In this document: positions 27,414 through 30,530 of the stretch, piece by piece
Numbering within the stretch: the first letter of the stretch is position 1
Layout: the number at the start of each line of letters is the position of its first letter
Source: a virus
Taxonomy: Duplodnaviria; Caudoviricetes
Virus record (IMG/VR): IMGVR_UViG_3300028596_000048
Location: 1 to 30,530 of that record
Direction: 5' to 3' (one strand)
Length of the DNA stretch: 30,530 nucleotides
Notes under the pieces: generated by a model
The model's input: only the letters and a program-made list of their open reading frames with translations
What the model was told of the DNA's origin: nothing
The model's database searches: none
Position numbers and translations under genes: made by a program

Positions 27414-28757
27414 ATGAGCACGTCCTATCTGTCGTTTGCTACTATTACCAAACTGTATAGCAACAATATTGGTGTCGTCTCGGCTATTGGTGAGCTGAGC
27501 GGCAAAGCATTGAGCTACGCAAAAGATCCAGGGAAGTTCTCCTTGGCTGTTAACGTAGCAAGTGCAACTACCCTTGTCAACTTCTTGTCGACTAAAGACG
27601 GCGTAGAAATCCCAATGCCTCAGGCTATTGCTGAGGCGCAAATCGGAATCTCCAACTGGCTTTATGCACAAGCTCTGGCTGGTAATGTAACTTCCAGCCG
27701 TACCAACTGCTTGCAGATCCTGAAAACCCAGTTTACTACCAACGTCATCATTGAAGACATTGGTGAGATGGCGACTAACAATGCCATCTTCTTGCCGAGC
27801 TATGTTAAAGGGTACCATATTGTTGGATCGGAACAACAACCGTTCTACATGTGGATGGCTGACGCCTATTTCCGTCTGCAATACCCACACGTTAAGTTTA
27901 CCGTCATTCATCCATTGCCTATTGGCGAAATGGACTGGTTGATGAATGCTAACTACCAGGAAATTGCTGCGCGGTTGGCCTCGGAAACGCCAGTTGTAGT
28001 TGCTAAACGGGAATCGCAAGCAACGAATAATTACGAATGGCCAGGTACCGAACGTAACCCGATTGAATTCCAGATCATCGATCTGATCAACACGGGCAAG
28101 TACAACGTGGGAACATGGATCATTTGGTCCTGGGGTAACGGCGCTGACGCAGAGGATCAGCTCTTCGAGCAAATCCAAAACGAGATCATGGCGAATACCC
28201 AGTTCACTCGTGCCCAGTGGGAAGAGAAGATTCCTGATCTCTTCAACCCATTGGAGTTCTACGTCATCCCAGAGTTTGGTCGCATTGGTGTTGTTAACCG
28301 CACCAATGGCGCAAGTACATACTCGCCAATTGTTGATCGCGAAACCGTGATGAGCATTGCAACCAAGTACCTGGGTCCTACCATGCCGTCGACCCATCTC
28401 ATAAAATCCGCCCAGTCTGTACCGTTGATGTACAAATCTTTGCAGGCACTGTTCGTTGCGAAGGTCAACAACCGTGCGGGAATGACCAAGATCACGTCGA
28501 TTGTTCCAGACTATCAACTGATCGCTTCCAAAGAACCCGAATTCGAGACCATGTCACAGGAGTCCATGGACTTTGCCTACGGTATGGAAGAACTGATGGC
28601 TGCTGCGGAAATCGTCACTCCTATTTCGCTGCTCCCACCAGGCGTCCAGCGAGTAGAACGTTTGGGTAAACTGTGTGTGACCAAACGTATCAACCGGGTC
28701 AAGTACGTGGCATTCACCAAATACCAGATGATTCAAGACGGAATCGTAACGGAGTAA
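27414..28757 (+). CDS. virion structural protein (phiKZ gp157-like)
   Basis: 447-aa ORF with GELS..ALSYAKD near the N-terminus and WEEKIPDLFNPLEFYVIP, both recalled for this family. Synteny after the RNase H-like and membrane genes. Confidence 0.65.
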   Translation: MSTSYLSFATITKLYSNNIGVVSAIGELSGKALSYAKDPGKFSLAVNVASATTLVNFLSTKDGVEIPMPQAIAEAQIGISNWLYAQALAGNVTSSRTNCLQILKTQFTTNVIIEDIGEMATNNAIFLPSYVKGYHIVGSEQQPFYMWMADAYFRLQYPHVKFTVIHPLPIGEMDWLMNANYQEIAARLASETPVVVAKRESQATNNYEWPGTERNPIEFQIIDLINTGKYNVGTWIIWSWGNGADAEDQLFEQIQNEIMANTQFTRAQWEEKIPDLFNPLEFYVIPEFGRIGVVNRTNGASTYSPIVDRETVMSIATKYLGPTMPSTHLIKSAQSVPLMYKSLQALFVAKVNNRAGMTKITSIVPDYQLIASKEPEFETMSQESMDFAYGMEELMAAAEIVTPISLLPPGVQRVERLGKLCVTKRINRVKYVAFTKYQMIQDGIVTE

Positions 28758-28761
28758 CCTT

Positions 28762-29400
28762 ATGGCTGAGAACACCATCCTCCCCGCCCTCCGGGTAACG
28801 GGACGGTTCGAGGTACTGGCGCCATTCGATCGTGTGGTTAATCCCGCCAGTAGCTATACGGTTGAAGCGATTCGTACCGTGGGTGAAATGCAAGGTTTGA
28901 ACATCAACATCTATCAGCGGGTCTTTGCACCACTGGGTGTTGATGAAGCTACTTATCTCACCATGCTTGAAGATATCGTTCAGGCTGGTGGCGCGATCAT
29001 TACCCTGATCCCTCGTAAAGGCACTGCACCGGTTTACGTTGCCAGTACGTACCTGAAGAGCTTCCCGTTGGTTGACGGGTTCCTTTATGAACGCATGGTT
29101 CTGGTGAGTGACTTGGGGGCGTTGTCTGTCGAGATGAAGCCTGCTCTGGAGGAAGCACTTACTCACTTCCAGACATGGATCCTCGAACACTACGGGATTA
29201 ACAGTACGGTGAAGATCGGGACGGTTCCTGTTATTGGTTACGTGTCGCAGTTCGAACACGAAACCATGGAGACTGCTCGTAAGAACCGCATTGTTGATAA
29301 CAACAGTGATTTGGCTAAACAGCTGTCGATGGAGAAAACCATTACTGACCAGCAAGCTTATATCAAGGAGCTTGAAAGTCGTCTGGGCGTAACTCCTTAG
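28762..29400 (+). CDS. conserved hypothetical / virion protein (212 aa) with C-terminal coiled coil
   Basis: GGAG upstream of the start, 4 nt after the previous stop, and followed by a hairpin. Confidence 0.8.
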   Translation: MAENTILPALRVTGRFEVLAPFDRVVNPASSYTVEAIRTVGEMQGLNINIYQRVFAPLGVDEATYLTMLEDIVQAGGAIITLIPRKGTAPVYVASTYLKSFPLVDGFLYERMVLVSDLGALSVEMKPALEEALTHFQTWILEHYGINSTVKIGTVPVIGYVSQFEHETMETARKNRIVDNNSDLAKQLSMEKTITDQQAYIKELESRLGVTP

Positions 29401-29413
29401 TTGCATGCATAAC

Positions 29414-29446
29414 CCCTACCCTAGGAGCCAGGCTCCTAGGGTAGGG
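29414..29446. terminator. perfect 15-bp hairpin between convergent genes
   Basis: CCCTACCCTAGGAGC-CAG-GCTCCTAGGGTAGGG. Confidence 0.75.
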
Positions 29447-29457
29447 AATTACCGCTA

Positions 29458-30530
29458 TTAACGCGTTACACGAGTCATCGAACCAATCGCACGACCGTCA
29501 GACAGATCCGCCTTCACGTGGTGCTTATAAGGACGGATCGCGTCAACGTGACCGGACTCGATCAGAATCGGTCCCAGCAGGTCGGTAAAGCTATCGGTGT
29601 AACCTTCCAGGATGATGGTCCGGAAGTCCAGTTCTGGTTCTGGCGCACGAATAGGTGCACTGCCATCTTCAGGATATTCCCAGACGTACCAGCTGCTGAT
29701 GTCCAGGGCCAGGTCACGGCGAACTGGAGTACCGGCACCGGCGCGGTAGTAGTGCAGTTTCTCGAGGATGTCGTTGGCCACTTCGTTCAGCAGGTCCGCG
29801 CCGTGAACGCCGTCGTAGCTGAAGACCTTGCCGGTGTAGTGACTGGTGGCCATCAGGATCGAGGTGATCTCTTTCTTGAACATCTCGAGAGGGTCACCTT
29901 TAAGGTTCGACTTCCGGATGTGCTTCTCGACCGAGTTGTTGATGATCTGCTCGTACTTCTTGAGCTGTGTCACCACCTGGTTGTACGTAGCGTTGTCACC
30001 AGTCTCCAGACCGAACTCTTCCTTGATACCGATGATGATAGGCGACAGTTCGTCGTTCTCGTTCTTCAAGTCAGGGAGCTTCGGATAGATACGGTCGAAA
30101 CGCAGCTTGAACTTGGTGAGGTCCAACGCGTCGACGTTCAGCGACATGTACAGGTCATAAACACGATCAGTGGTCAAGGCCAGCAGACGGTGACTGGTGT
30201 GGAGGATGTCTTTGACAACCTTGGCCACCTTTTCACTCAGTTCAAACGAGTTACGATCGATGCTCCACAGGTCTTCTTGCAGGAAACCATCCAGTGGGTG
30301 CTTCTCCGCTGAGAGCAGCCATTCTTTGGGGAATTCGTGCTTCGCCAATTCGAGCGCTTGCAGCTCGAAACGGATCTTGAGATCCATACAGACGATTGGC
30401 GATTTGACCAGGATGTTGGTCAGTTTCTTGTTGAGCTTGAAGGTGTTGGAGATCCCGCCTTCGCGCTCGAAACGTACATGACAGGTTTCACCCTTTTCGT
30501 GCTCCGACCAACCGTAGTACACGTAGATCT
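29458..30530 (-). CDS. hypothetical protein, 5'-truncated by the window edge
   Basis: The frame is open to the end of the window (..IYVYYGW), so the listed GTG start at 30522 is probably internal. Strong C-ending codon bias. Confidence 0.75.
   Translation of the reverse strand, partial: IYVYYGWSEHEKGETCHVRFEREGGISNTFKLNKKLTNILVKSPIVCMDLKIRFELQALELAKHEFPKEWLLSAEKHPLDGFLQEDLWSIDRNSFELSEKVAKVVKDILHTSHRLLALTTDRVYDLYMSLNVDALDLTKFKLRFDRIYPKLPDLKNENDELSPIIIGIKEEFGLETGDNATYNQVVTQLKKYEQIINNSVEKHIRKSNLKGDPLEMFKKEITSILMATSHYTGKVFSYDGVHGADLLNEVANDILEKLHYYRAGAGTPVRRDLALDISSWYVWEYPEDGSAPIRAPEPELDFRTIILEGYTDSFTDLLGPILIESGHVDAIRPYKHHVKADLSDGRAIGSMTRVTR

Noticed and set aside
17564-29446. Hairpins as CRISPR repeats, tRNAs or transposon ends
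   Set aside because: They are single, dispersed and non-identical, with no spacers, cloverleaf, target duplications or transposase.

Overview
This window is a gene-dense core segment of a phiKZ-related jumbo myophage (Chimalliviridae-like). From recalled gene order it most resembles the EL/OBP branch: endolysin, then virion RNAP beta-N and beta'-N, then a divergent giant tail protein. It encodes three subunits of the split virion RNA polymerase (beta-N 1444 aa, beta'-N 541 aa with a variant DSDHDGD catalytic loop, beta-C 226 aa), a modular endolysin, a 2705-aa tape-measure-like tail protein, a UvsX/RecA-like recombinase, an RNase H-like protein and several structural or hypothetical proteins. 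I saw no tRNAs, CRISPR arrays, introns, inteins or mobile elements. The most notable observations are: (1) the tail protein appears to carry a second, zinc-peptidase (M15/LAS-type) muralytic domain next to its GH19 domain; (2) the RNase H-like protein appears to have lost its catalytic motifs; (3) long U-less hairpins with shared flanking motifs sit at every convergent gene junction; (4) there is a phiKZ-type early promoter and repeated late-promoter-like motifs, some inside opposite-strand genes. Homolog names come from recall and motif reading, not from database searches.
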